NCBI GenBank assembly: GCA_004284765.1
Contig: NQJD01000003.1
Span: forward strand, 90,451-122,450
Source of the DNA: Candidatus Electronema aureum
GTDB taxonomy: Bacteria; Desulfobacterota; Desulfobulbia; Desulfobulbales; Desulfobulbaceae
Length of the DNA: 32,000 bases
Direction: 5' to 3'
This document shows positions 1-7,547 of the stretch, piece after piece (position 1 is the stretch's first letter; every line of letters begins with the position of its first letter). The position numbers were made by a program, and so were the translations under genes. Below the pieces are notes generated by a model. The model saw only the letters and a program-made list of their open reading frames with translations. It had not been told where the DNA came from and made no database searches.

Positions 1-1264
1 GACTGTCCTCACTCGGCACATCATCCTCACCATTAGTCATCCATGCGCCGATACCGAGTCCCATGAAGAAGGGAGACCACGTTGCGCCGTTGGTTGAGCA
101 TTGGAAAAAGTTGTACTGCACCAAGAAATCAAGCAGGAAGGCATCAGCACCGGCATCGCCGTTTACTTTCGCTGCTCCACCGGCCAAGGCTAAGAAAGAG
201 AACTGTGGATTAAGAACATACTCCACGCCTAACCTGCCGATTCCATACTCCGCATCCTCAGACTGGCGAAGATAACCGCCATCAGCCACGAAATGGAAGG
301 GTGACTCGCAGCAGGTGGCCGCAGTCTGTACCTCTTTCACTTTGACCACTTCCTTGATCACTGGCTTGTCAACATAGACAGTTCTGGTCGGTCCCTGCAC
401 TCTGATCTTCTTAACCACCGTTCTGGTTGGGCCAGAAACACGGACTATTCTTTCTGGGCCGGGAACCTGTACCTCCTTCACCCGGTCAACATACTTGATC
501 ACTTCTTTAGGAACATAGACGGTCGGGCCAGGAACATTAACCGGTACCCGCACTTGTCTAACGACCTCTTTGGGAACATAAACTGTCGGACCAGGCACCT
601 GCACTTGTCTGATCACTTGTACTGGCACTTGAACCGGGCGATCAACATACTTGATCACTTCTTTAGGAACATAGACGGTCGGGCCAGGAACATTAACCTG
701 CACCGGCACCTGTCGGATCACTTCCACCGGTCTATCGACATATTTGATCACTTCAACGGGTACCTGAACTTGCTGAATTTGCTGCTGCTGTACCACGGGC
801 GCAGGAGCTGTCTCTTTCAGAGCCAAGTTACCGCATTGCATCGGCACGGCAAACGTATAGCGTCGTCCGTTTTTATCAATGGAGAATTCAAAGACCGACA
901 ATGAAGACTTACCGCCCCAAGTTACATCCTTCGCCACTTTCACCCGGCCTTGGCCGTAGCGACGGAAAAGCATCCAGTCAATGTGCTGGCCCGGTTGATA
1001 CTCAACGATGCTGATCTGCTGCGGATTTTGCTCAATGTGCGCCTGCATTAAAGGAAACAAATCAACATTTCCGGCCCTTCTCATGCCATCCTGAATGTCG
1101 TTGCCCATCTCTTGCATCATTGCCCGGAGATCATCTACGCTTGTCAGTGGGCGAGAAACCGGATGTCGTCCCACTGTCTGTAAAATGTTGGCGGCCTGAA
1201 CTGCACCTGTGGATGCTGATAGTGCCACTAACAAGGCGGCGGATGCTAAAATTTTCTTTTTCAC
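1..1264 (-). CDS. Secreted tandem-repeat protein with a signal peptide, VPGPTVYVPKEV-type repeats and a beta-barrel-like C-terminal region; its 3' end lies outside the window
   Basis: It is absent from the ORF track because no stop codon falls inside the window. My reverse-complement translation stays open from 1288 down to position 1. The likely start is GTG 1264, with AAGGAG about 9 nt upstream; ATG 1288 is the alternative. From 1264 it reads (M)KKKILASAALLVALSASTGAVQA|ANIL, a typical Sec signal. Three exact VPGPTVYVPKEV copies and degenerate relatives follow. The sequence then becomes Gly/aromatic-rich (FVADGGYLRQSEDAEYGIGRLGVEYVLNPQFSFLALAGG...), which resembles outer-membrane beta-strands. 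Confidence 0.6.
   Translation of the reverse strand, partial: MKKKILASAALLVALSASTGAVQAANILQTVGRHPVSRPLTSVDDLRAMMQEMGNDIQDGMRRAGNVDLFPLMQAHIEQNPQQISIVEYQPGQHIDWMLFRRYGQGRVKVAKDVTWGGKSSLSVFEFSIDKNGRRYTFAVPMQCGNLALKETAPAPVVQQQQIQQVQVPVEVIKYVDRPVEVIRQVPVQVNVPGPTVYVPKEVIKYVDRPVQVPVQVIRQVQVPGPTVYVPKEVVRQVRVPVNVPGPTVYVPKEVIKYVDRVKEVQVPGPERIVRVSGPTRTVVKKIRVQGPTRTVYVDKPVIKEVVKVKEVQTAATCCESPFHFVADGGYLRQSEDAEYGIGRLGVEYVLNPQFSFLALAGGAAKVNGDAGADAFLLDFLVQYNFFQCSTNGATWSPFFMGLGIGAWMTNGEDDVPSEDS
486..698. repeat. Perfect 57-bp direct repeat (486-542 and 642-698, period 156 bp) with degenerate copies between them, inside the repeat-protein CDS
   Basis: I compared the two copies base by base. Both read tcaacatacttgatcacttctttaggaacatagacggtcgggccaggaacattaacc. 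Degenerate versions occur around 561-603 and 700-760. Confidence 0.9.
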
Positions 1265-1366
1265 TGCGTTCTTTCTCCTTCTGTTCATTTTGTATATTCC
1301 AGACGGGCGATTCCCGCCTGACAATTCAGTCAACAGCATGACGCTGCTGGAGAACTCATAGGTTCA

Positions 1367-3013
1367 TCAGGCCGGAAATTCTTCTCTGCCGATCAAGGCT
1401 GCGCCGACCGCGTTGCCCACCTCATAATGCTCCGGGAAGCTAACGCTGGTGCGCAACCGCTCGGCCACCGCAGGCAAGAAGCAGCGTGAGGCCGCGCCAA
1501 TGCCGATGATTGGAATTTTCACCGCTACACTGAGGGAAAACAGCGAGTTGTCACGGCTGCTAAGGAATGGCGCGGCCTCGCTGGCAGGCCAGACTTTGTG
1601 AGCTAAATAATCAAGAATGATGGTTTCTATCGTCTGCTCGGTTTCTGCAACCACGCGCAGGCAGAGTGCTTCGACTTCCATATTCAAAGCAGCGGCTAAC
1701 GCAGCTGCCCCGCGTTCAGCCTGTTCTTTGTTGCCGATTGCTAATCTGCTAAGAACGTGCAGGGCATCAGTCGGCGTGAAACCAATCATCCTAATTTGCT
1801 GCAAATTAGCTAACCGCTCTAACCGTTTTTCCAACGGTACGCCGCTCAGTCCGGTCTTCCACGCTAAGGTTTCAGGATTAACCGGCCCGTGGTCGCGCAG
1901 ACAGCGGAGGATTTCATCCTGCGCCACGACCTGCTCGTCTAAGCCTTCGATGGGCATGATCAAAGCGTTGCGCAAGCCGCAGCCTAACCAGTCTGCCGGA
2001 TCAGGCAAATCAACAGTCATGGACAGCGGTTGCACCCGCGCGGTCGCCAGCCGGACGCAGCCTTCCTGTTCGTCAGCGGAGCAAATGACATGGGAATCGC
2101 CACCGCCGCCTGCTGTGTACATATCAACGGCCTCAATGTGGGTTTGCCACTGGCCGATCCGGCAGCCTTCGCTACTGAGAACCGGATGACCATCGCGGAT
2201 CATGCAGACATCGGTGGTGGTGCCGCCGACATCAACCACTAACGCGGTTTGCTCTCCGGCTGTGCAACCGAAACGAGCCGTAGCCGCCGGGCCGCTGGCC
2301 ACGGTGATCGCCGCCCGTTGCACTGCCTCGTCCAAGCCTGCGCCTCTGCCGCTGCCGCAGATAATCGTCACTGGGCAGCTCAGGCCAGCTCGAAGCATGG
2401 AAATCTGCACTGAAGAAAGAAAGCCAACCATCAGCGGCATCAGTCGGGCGTGCAGGCAGGCTGTAGCCGCCCGCCCGTGCATACCCGGACTGCCGCTGAC
2501 TTGGTGCGAGCAGAAAACCGGTTTAGGATCGAGAATGGCAATGGCTTCTTCCGCTACCAGCTCATGCACCGGATTTTTAATCGACATGGCACTGCACACT
2601 GCGTAGCTGTCAACTTCGCCTCGGATCGCCCGAACAGCATCCACTAGTCCTTCAACGTCAAGCGGCTCATCCTCGTCGCCGGTGATTTTGTGACCGCCTT
2701 TCATGAAAACACTGGCAGTCACAGGCAGCTTGAAATGACGGACATGGCCGAAAACCAGCAAGCCGACCCGCGCCCCTCGGCCTTCAACCACCGCGTTGGT
2801 AGCAAGAGTAGTGGAGACAGACAGCCGATTGATCGCTTCTGGCGAAATCCCAGAGGCTAACAGCCGTTGCAGTACTCGGCCCACGCCGATGCCGAGATCG
2901 TGGTGGGTGGTCGGCTCTTTGACCGAATATGCCACTTGGAGGGTGGAATTGCTGATCAGAACGCCGTCGGTACACGTGCCGCCGGTGTCAATGCCGATGC
3001 TATAACTGTCCAT
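1367..3013 (-). CDS. Hydantoinase/oxoprolinase (HyuA-like, ASKHA-fold) family protein
   Basis: A 548-aa ORF with an ATG start at 3013. The N-terminus MDSYSIGIDTGGTCTDGVL is the hydantoinase_A/oxoprolinase phosphate-1 motif. A second DVGGTTTD motif occurs mid-protein. Confidence 0.75.
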   Translation of the reverse strand: MDSYSIGIDTGGTCTDGVLISNSTLQVAYSVKEPTTHHDLGIGVGRVLQRLLASGISPEAINRLSVSTTLATNAVVEGRGARVGLLVFGHVRHFKLPVTASVFMKGGHKITGDEDEPLDVEGLVDAVRAIRGEVDSYAVCSAMSIKNPVHELVAEEAIAILDPKPVFCSHQVSGSPGMHGRAATACLHARLMPLMVGFLSSVQISMLRAGLSCPVTIICGSGRGAGLDEAVQRAAITVASGPAATARFGCTAGEQTALVVDVGGTTTDVCMIRDGHPVLSSEGCRIGQWQTHIEAVDMYTAGGGGDSHVICSADEQEGCVRLATARVQPLSMTVDLPDPADWLGCGLRNALIMPIEGLDEQVVAQDEILRCLRDHGPVNPETLAWKTGLSGVPLEKRLERLANLQQIRMIGFTPTDALHVLSRLAIGNKEQAERGAAALAAALNMEVEALCLRVVAETEQTIETIILDYLAHKVWPASEAAPFLSSRDNSLFSLSVAVKIPIIGIGAASRCFLPAVAERLRTSVSFPEHYEVGNAVGAALIGREEFPA

Positions 3014-3318
3014 GTCTATCGTGCCCGCTTGTCTCTTTTTCCGCTGAAAAGTATTCAGAAATCATGCGCCTTACTCAAAGCTGCTTGGAAGGAGCTATTG
3101 TAAACCGGCATCTACGGATTGTCCAGCGTGGACTGCACGGGCAGCAGGTGACAGAGGACGGTTTTTAGCGTATAGTGGGACAAAAAAGCGTTCACGCCGA
3201 AAATGAAATAATAAACAGTGCAAAACCTCAGCGTTAGACCTTAGACAGTCTGCGGCTAAAAAGTCCTTGCGGATGACTGAGCAAGAGGTCTAATATATTT
3301 CTTCATAGACATTTCCTC

Positions 3319-3705
3319 ACCTAATGTGCAACTCTTAACAAAGTCTCGTAGGTTGGGGTGAGGCACTAAACCCTAACAAGCATGAGAACCCCAACCTTCT
3401 GCGAGACAAAAGGCATAGGTTTTGCCTCGCAAAAGGCATAGGTTTTGCCATGCAAAAGGCATAGGCTTTGCCTCGCAAAAGGTATAGCTTTTGACATGCA
3501 AAAGGTATGCCTTTTGTTTATCAAGGTCTGGATAAGTGATTTTAAAAATGCGTCGCAAGCGGCGGGGTAGTAGACCCGCAGCTTCGCAATAAAACTGTCT
3601 CGATCCATTGGCGCACTCCTTGTGAATAGGGCTTAGATACCGCTATTCTACAGAATGCGCCCAATGGATCGGGCATCTTTTTTAAGAAAGAGTTGCACAT
3701 TAGGT
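3319..3705. mobile_element. MITE-like non-autonomous derivative of an IS982-like element (387 bp, 18-bp perfect terminal IRs, 8-bp TSD)
   Basis: ACCTAATGTGCAACTCTT lies at 3319-3336 and its exact reverse complement at 3688-3705. Both ends are flanked by the direct repeat ATTTCCTC (3311-3318 and 3706-3713). The same 18-mer sits at 31770-31787, next to a transposase 3' end. The internal ORF 3366..3608 (-) looks like a transposase N-terminal relic running into tandem repeats. Confidence 0.6.
3407..3516. repeat. Tandem 23-bp repeat, four full units plus an 18-bp palindromic terminal unit
   Basis: The units are caaaaggcataggttttgcctcg, caaaaggcataggttttgccatg, caaaaggcataggctttgcctcg, caaaaggtatagcttttgacatg and caaaaggtatgccttttg. 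The last unit is a perfect 7-bp stem (caaaagg/ccttttg) with a 4-nt loop. Confidence 0.9.
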
Positions 3706-3734
3706 ATTTCCTCTTCTGCTAAAGCCTACCCATT

Positions 3735-4535
3735 ATGACCACGCAAATATTATCAGTAACCAACCAGATACCCGAATACTGTCGCGCCATGAGCAGCAGC
3801 GACACCTTTCACTTTTCTTGTAATTCCAGCGTGGCGTGCTTCAACGAATGCTGCCGCCAACTCGACCTTGCCCTCACGCCCTATGATGTGTTGCGTTTGA
3901 AAAACCGACTCAAGTTGGATTCTGGAGCCTTTCTTGAACGCTACGTGATTGTTGAATGGGAAGAAGGAATGCGCTTTCCGCACTGCTACCTAACCACAGT
4001 TGACGATGGTCGGGGCAGCTGCGTTTTTGTCAAAGAGCAAGGATGCAGCATCTATGACGACCGGCCCGCTGCTTGCCGAGCCTATCCCACCGGACGCGGT
4101 GCCTCACGCCGGGTCGATGGCACGGTGACTGAGCAATATGTGCTGTTGCGAGAGCCGCACTGCCTCGGCTTTGCCACTGGACAACAGCATACCGTACCGG
4201 AATATTTCCAGACCCAAGGCTTGGCTGATTACAATCGCTACAACGATCAGCTCCTCCAGCTGCTCCACCACCCGCACGTCCGAGCGGGCTTTCGTCCCAA
4301 TCGAGCGCAGGCGGATCAGTTTATCATGGCCCTGTATAATTTAGATTTTTTCCGTCGGGAACTGATGACGGGCAGGCTCAAAATGAAGCAGCCTCTTTCA
4401 CCGATGGAATTTCGCTCGTTGTCCGCCGGTGATGACCGACCTCTGCTGCTTTTGGCCGTGCGCTGGCTCCTTCAGGAGTATTTCGATGAATACTGGACCA
4501 GCACTGGGTACCGGAAAATCAATTCAGCTGCATGA
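3735..4535 (+). CDS. YkgJ-family cysteine-cluster protein (CxxCxxCC putative Zn/Fe-chelating domain)
   Basis: A 266-aa ORF with an ATG start. It carries the motif CNSSVACFNECCRQLDL plus downstream C..C residues (GSCVF...GCSIYDDRPAACR). It aligns with its paralog from the PE(Y/H)C segment onward, which supports the 3735 start. Confidence 0.7.
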   Translation: MTTQILSVTNQIPEYCRAMSSSDTFHFSCNSSVACFNECCRQLDLALTPYDVLRLKNRLKLDSGAFLERYVIVEWEEGMRFPHCYLTTVDDGRGSCVFVKEQGCSIYDDRPAACRAYPTGRGASRRVDGTVTEQYVLLREPHCLGFATGQQHTVPEYFQTQGLADYNRYNDQLLQLLHHPHVRAGFRPNRAQADQFIMALYNLDFFRRELMTGRLKMKQPLSPMEFRSLSAGDDRPLLLLAVRWLLQEYFDEYWTSTGYRKINSAA

Positions 4536-5308
4536 ATTCTCTCATTCCCCACCAATACATTGCCATGACCGCCCATCTTCCTGAACACTGCCAACCCCTT
4601 GCAGCTGATGAAAAATTTTGCTTCGCCTGCCATCCCGGTGTGACCTGTTTCACCGAATGCTGTCGCCAGCTTGACCTCGCCCTCACTCCTTATGACCTAC
4701 TGCGCTTGAAAAAACGGTTAGGGTTGGATTCCGGCAGCTTTCTTGAACAATACGTGATCGTGGCTTGGGAGGAGGGCATGATTTTTCCTGCCTGCTTCTT
4801 GACTATGATCGACGACGGCAGGGCCAGCTGCGTCTTTGTCACCGACGAAGGGTGTAGCGTTTATGACGACCGGCCCGCTGCTTGCCGGGCCTATCCTGCC
4901 GGACGTGGTGCCTCGCGTCGGGCAGATGATACACTCGCCGAGCGTTTTGTTTTACTGCGGGAGCCGCATTGTCTTGGTTTTGCTGAACAGCAAGCGCAGA
5001 CTGCGCCGGAATATTTTCAAGCCCAAGGGCTGACTGAGTTCAACTGCTGCAACGATCAGCTCCTGAGCTTATTTCAGCATCCTCAGATTCAAGCAGGTTT
5101 TCGGCTCACGCAGGCGCAGATGGATCAGTACATCATGGCCTTGTACAACGTAGATTTTTTCCGTCAAGAGATGGCCGACGGCAGAATCATGATGAAACGC
5201 CCCCTTTCGGTCTTGGAGCTTCGTGCGTTAGCCGGTGATGACGAAGAGCTGTTGCTCCTCGGTCTGCGCTGGCTGTTACAAGAATATTTCGGTGAGACGA
5301 GCAGATGA
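4532..5308 (+). CDS. YkgJ-family cysteine-cluster protein, tandem paralog of the preceding gene
   Basis: A 258-aa ORF whose start overlaps the upstream stop as ATGA (4532-4535). It carries CHPGVTCFTECCRQLDL and is colinear with the upstream protein along its full length. Confidence 0.7.
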   Translation: MNSLIPHQYIAMTAHLPEHCQPLAADEKFCFACHPGVTCFTECCRQLDLALTPYDLLRLKKRLGLDSGSFLEQYVIVAWEEGMIFPACFLTMIDDGRASCVFVTDEGCSVYDDRPAACRAYPAGRGASRRADDTLAERFVLLREPHCLGFAEQQAQTAPEYFQAQGLTEFNCCNDQLLSLFQHPQIQAGFRLTQAQMDQYIMALYNVDFFRQEMADGRIMMKRPLSVLELRALAGDDEELLLLGLRWLLQEYFGETSR

Positions 5309-5994
5309 AGAACGAAACAGTAGAAATTCCCCCAGAGCTGTTAGCCGCTCTCCGCCAGATCAGCGCACAATACTGCACAGAGGCGGGTGGTTCGCACGGC
5401 CCGGATCACACCGAACGGGTTTTGCAAAACGCACTGGCTATAGGCCGCAGCGTGGGCGCACGATTAGATATTTTGATTCCCGCAGCCCTACTGCACGATA
5501 TTGGCCGGAGTGAGGAAAGCCGCAGCCAAGGCGCGCTTTGTCATGCCGACCTCGGCGCGGACATGGCAGAGCCGATTCTCCGCGAATTGGGCTACAGCGA
5601 GGAAGATCAAGTCGCAATCTGCCACTGCATCCGCGCCCATCGCTTTCGGGGCAGCACTGAGCCGGAAACTATAGAGGCAAACATTATCTTTGATGCCGAC
5701 AAGTTAGATTCAATCGGTGCTATCGGTATAGGCCGAGCTTTCCTTTTTGCTGGGCAGATCGGGGCGCGGTTGCACAACGCCGAGCTGGATCATACGAGAA
5801 CGAAAGCTTATTCCGGCGAGGACACCGCCTATCGCGAATTTCAGGTCAAGATGTCTAAGGTACGCGGCCAGATGCTGACTGCAGTTGGGCGGCAGGTTGC
5901 TCGCAAACGGCATGAGTTTATGGAGACCTTTTTTGCTGAACTAAATCTGGAGATTTATGGCAGCTTCTTGCAGGTTGAGGCAGAGGGTGATTAA
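5305..5994 (+). CDS. HD-domain metal-dependent phosphohydrolase
   Basis: A 229-aa ORF with an ATGA overlap (5305-5308). It has H...HD motifs (GPDHTERV, LLHDIGR, HCIRAHR, DADKLD). Confidence 0.75.
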   Translation: MKNETVEIPPELLAALRQISAQYCTEAGGSHGPDHTERVLQNALAIGRSVGARLDILIPAALLHDIGRSEESRSQGALCHADLGADMAEPILRELGYSEEDQVAICHCIRAHRFRGSTEPETIEANIIFDADKLDSIGAIGIGRAFLFAGQIGARLHNAELDHTRTKAYSGEDTAYREFQVKMSKVRGQMLTAVGRQVARKRHEFMETFFAELNLEIYGSFLQVEAEGD

Positions 5995-6165
5995 TCAATT
6001 TTTCCAAAGAGAAGATGGCTTGAATAGGACTTTCGTAGATTTCTTTTTCGGTGTACAACTAATCATCTGCATTAGAGAGCAAAGCCAATCGATTGTTCTT
6101 GGTATGACTATGTAGTTCCTGAAAGAAAGGCGACGGCAGCTGGTCTGCAAGGAGGGGGAAAAGCT

Positions 6166-6672
6166 ATGTTCCTGAATATTCCTGAAACAACATCTGCTCG
6201 TAAAACAACTCCACCCTCAAGCAAGTCTGCTGAACACGGTAACAGTCCAACGGCAAATCAGCTCTGGAGTGTGATTGAATTTTCCCGTCAGTTTCCTGAT
6301 CTGACGCTTTCTTTAGTTGCAGACCTGAAAGCGACCGAGTTAGCGGCAACGAAACGAATTCAGACAGAAGAATCTGCTGAACAGCTCGAATTTCCACCCT
6401 TGGTCGTTCCTGATCTCAAAGAACGCAGAACGCAGAAAAGACAACATGATCCTTCCGAGGACGAGGATATAGAGAAAGAAATAGCTCTTTTTGCTGCTGG
6501 CGAATTACCGCCTGAACCACTGCTGCCACCCGTTACCTCGCCGAAAGAAAAAATGCAAATCTGGCAGTATCTCCTGACTTTTTTCGCCCTTTTTCTCCTG
6601 TTCTTGTGGCTGCACAGCGGCATGGAGGACACCGTGCAGCCACAGAGCGACCATATCGCCTCAAGGCAGTAA
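6166..6672 (+). CDS. Hypothetical protein with an acidic/Pro-rich region and one C-terminal TM helix
   Basis: A strong SD (AAGGAGGGGG, 6149-6158) lies 7 nt before ATG 6166. The C-terminal hydrophobic stretch is IWQYLLTFFALFLLFLWL. I recognise no domain. Confidence 0.45.
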   Translation: MFLNIPETTSARKTTPPSSKSAEHGNSPTANQLWSVIEFSRQFPDLTLSLVADLKATELAATKRIQTEESAEQLEFPPLVVPDLKERRTQKRQHDPSEDEDIEKEIALFAAGELPPEPLLPPVTSPKEKMQIWQYLLTFFALFLLFLWLHSGMEDTVQPQSDHIASRQ

Positions 6673-6698
6673 ACAGATTTTCCTTGTTGAGCAGCGCA

Positions 6699-7058
6699 TC
6701 AATAGGAGTGCGTCCCCAGCACCACCTGCACCCCGAATTTCTTCTCCAGCGTAATCTTCAAATCTTCATACATCAGCGGGCAACCTGCGGTCTCCATCGC
6801 TGCCTTGATGCAGGTGCCGAGATGCACCACTTCCATCGGCCTGCCGATATTGCTGGTGGTCTCTTTCAGCAGTTTGACGCGCGGCACAGTTAGGCCGGGA
6901 CAGCCACCGCAGTCGGTCATTGCCACCAGCTCAATCTCCTCATCCTTGTAGCGGGCGAACTCACCGTTCTTTTCCGCCATGCCCTTGTAGCACTTGGCGC
7001 AGGCGATGCAAGAATGATCCTTGATTTGTTTGCAGTACAGAATTGCGATTTTAGCCAT
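6699..7058 (-). CDS. CGGC-domain protein
   Basis: A 119-aa ORF starting at ATG 7058, preceded by AAAGGAGAAG. It contains the literal CGGCPG motif plus further Cys pairs (CIACAKC, GTCIK, GCP). Confidence 0.75.
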   Translation of the reverse strand: MAKIAILYCKQIKDHSCIACAKCYKGMAEKNGEFARYKDEEIELVAMTDCGGCPGLTVPRVKLLKETTSNIGRPMEVVHLGTCIKAAMETAGCPLMYEDLKITLEKKFGVQVVLGTHSY

Positions 7059-7126
7059 TTGCTTCTCCTTTTTAGGCTTAGATGTTGGTTGTTAATAGTA
7101 GTAAATAGCATGGGGATAAAAAAACA

Positions 7127-7156
7127 TCACACACAGGTGTGACTTCATAATGAAGT
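7127..7156. promoter_or_regulatory. Two abutting perfect palindromes upstream of the CGGC gene (candidate operator)
   Basis: TCACAC-ACAG-GTGTGA lies at 7127-7142 and ACTTCA-TAA-TGAAGT at 7142-7156. They sit 69-98 nt upstream of the 7058 start, in an AT-rich divergent intergenic region. Confidence 0.25.
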
Positions 7157-7547
7157 AAAGATCAAAACATTTCTCATTTCTATCCATTTTAAAATGGTAG
7201 CAATGCCTGTTTTTGAATTAGTAACATTTTTTATGATTACTTCCTGCTTTGTTCAGCAAGAGACAGTAATCAAGTTACATTTTTTTAAATATCATCATCA
7301 AGATATAACATCTTATCACCTTTTGAAAAAAAATCAATACGCCAATCGCGGCCACTTGCCTTGTGCATACAGAATTTTCCCCTTAACTACCGCGCATCCG
7401 GCAGGGAAAATTTTCGCTGTACTCGGAATGACAGGCGTGGTGTTTGTGTTGATACTTTCATGCGTTTATGGTTGGATTCTTGTATTCGCACCAAAGCGGC
7501 ACCTCCGACCCATGCAGCATTGCACAAAAAACATTAAACGAACCTTG

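Noticed and set aside
554-904. The 116-aa plus-strand ORF in the track (His/Asn/Leu-rich repeats)
   Set aside because: It starts at TTG and is the antisense reading of the repeat region. The minus strand gives a far longer open frame with a signal peptide and an SD.
3407-3516. The 23-bp tandem repeat array as a possible CRISPR array
   Set aside because: The units are directly contiguous with no spacers. There are only about 4.8 copies, no cas genes are in the window, and the array lies inside a TSD-flanked MITE.
3366-3608. The 80-aa ORF inside the MITE as a functional gene
   Set aside because: Most of it is a translation of the 23-bp tandem repeats (repeating KAxPFA/CEAKPMPF). Only the first ~30 aa look like a transposase N-terminal remnant.
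7127-7142. TCACA-N6-TGTGA as a CRP-binding site
   Set aside because: The half-sites are in the opposite order to the CRP consensus TGTGA-N6-TCACA, so this is a different dyad. I kept it only as a generic candidate operator.
7194-7547. A 118-aa N-terminal extension of the glycosyltransferase, using the track start at 7194
   Set aside because: The region is AT-rich and looks intergenic, and the extension has no counterpart in ArnT/PMT-like proteins as I know them. It is not fully excluded, because it contains one TM-like segment.
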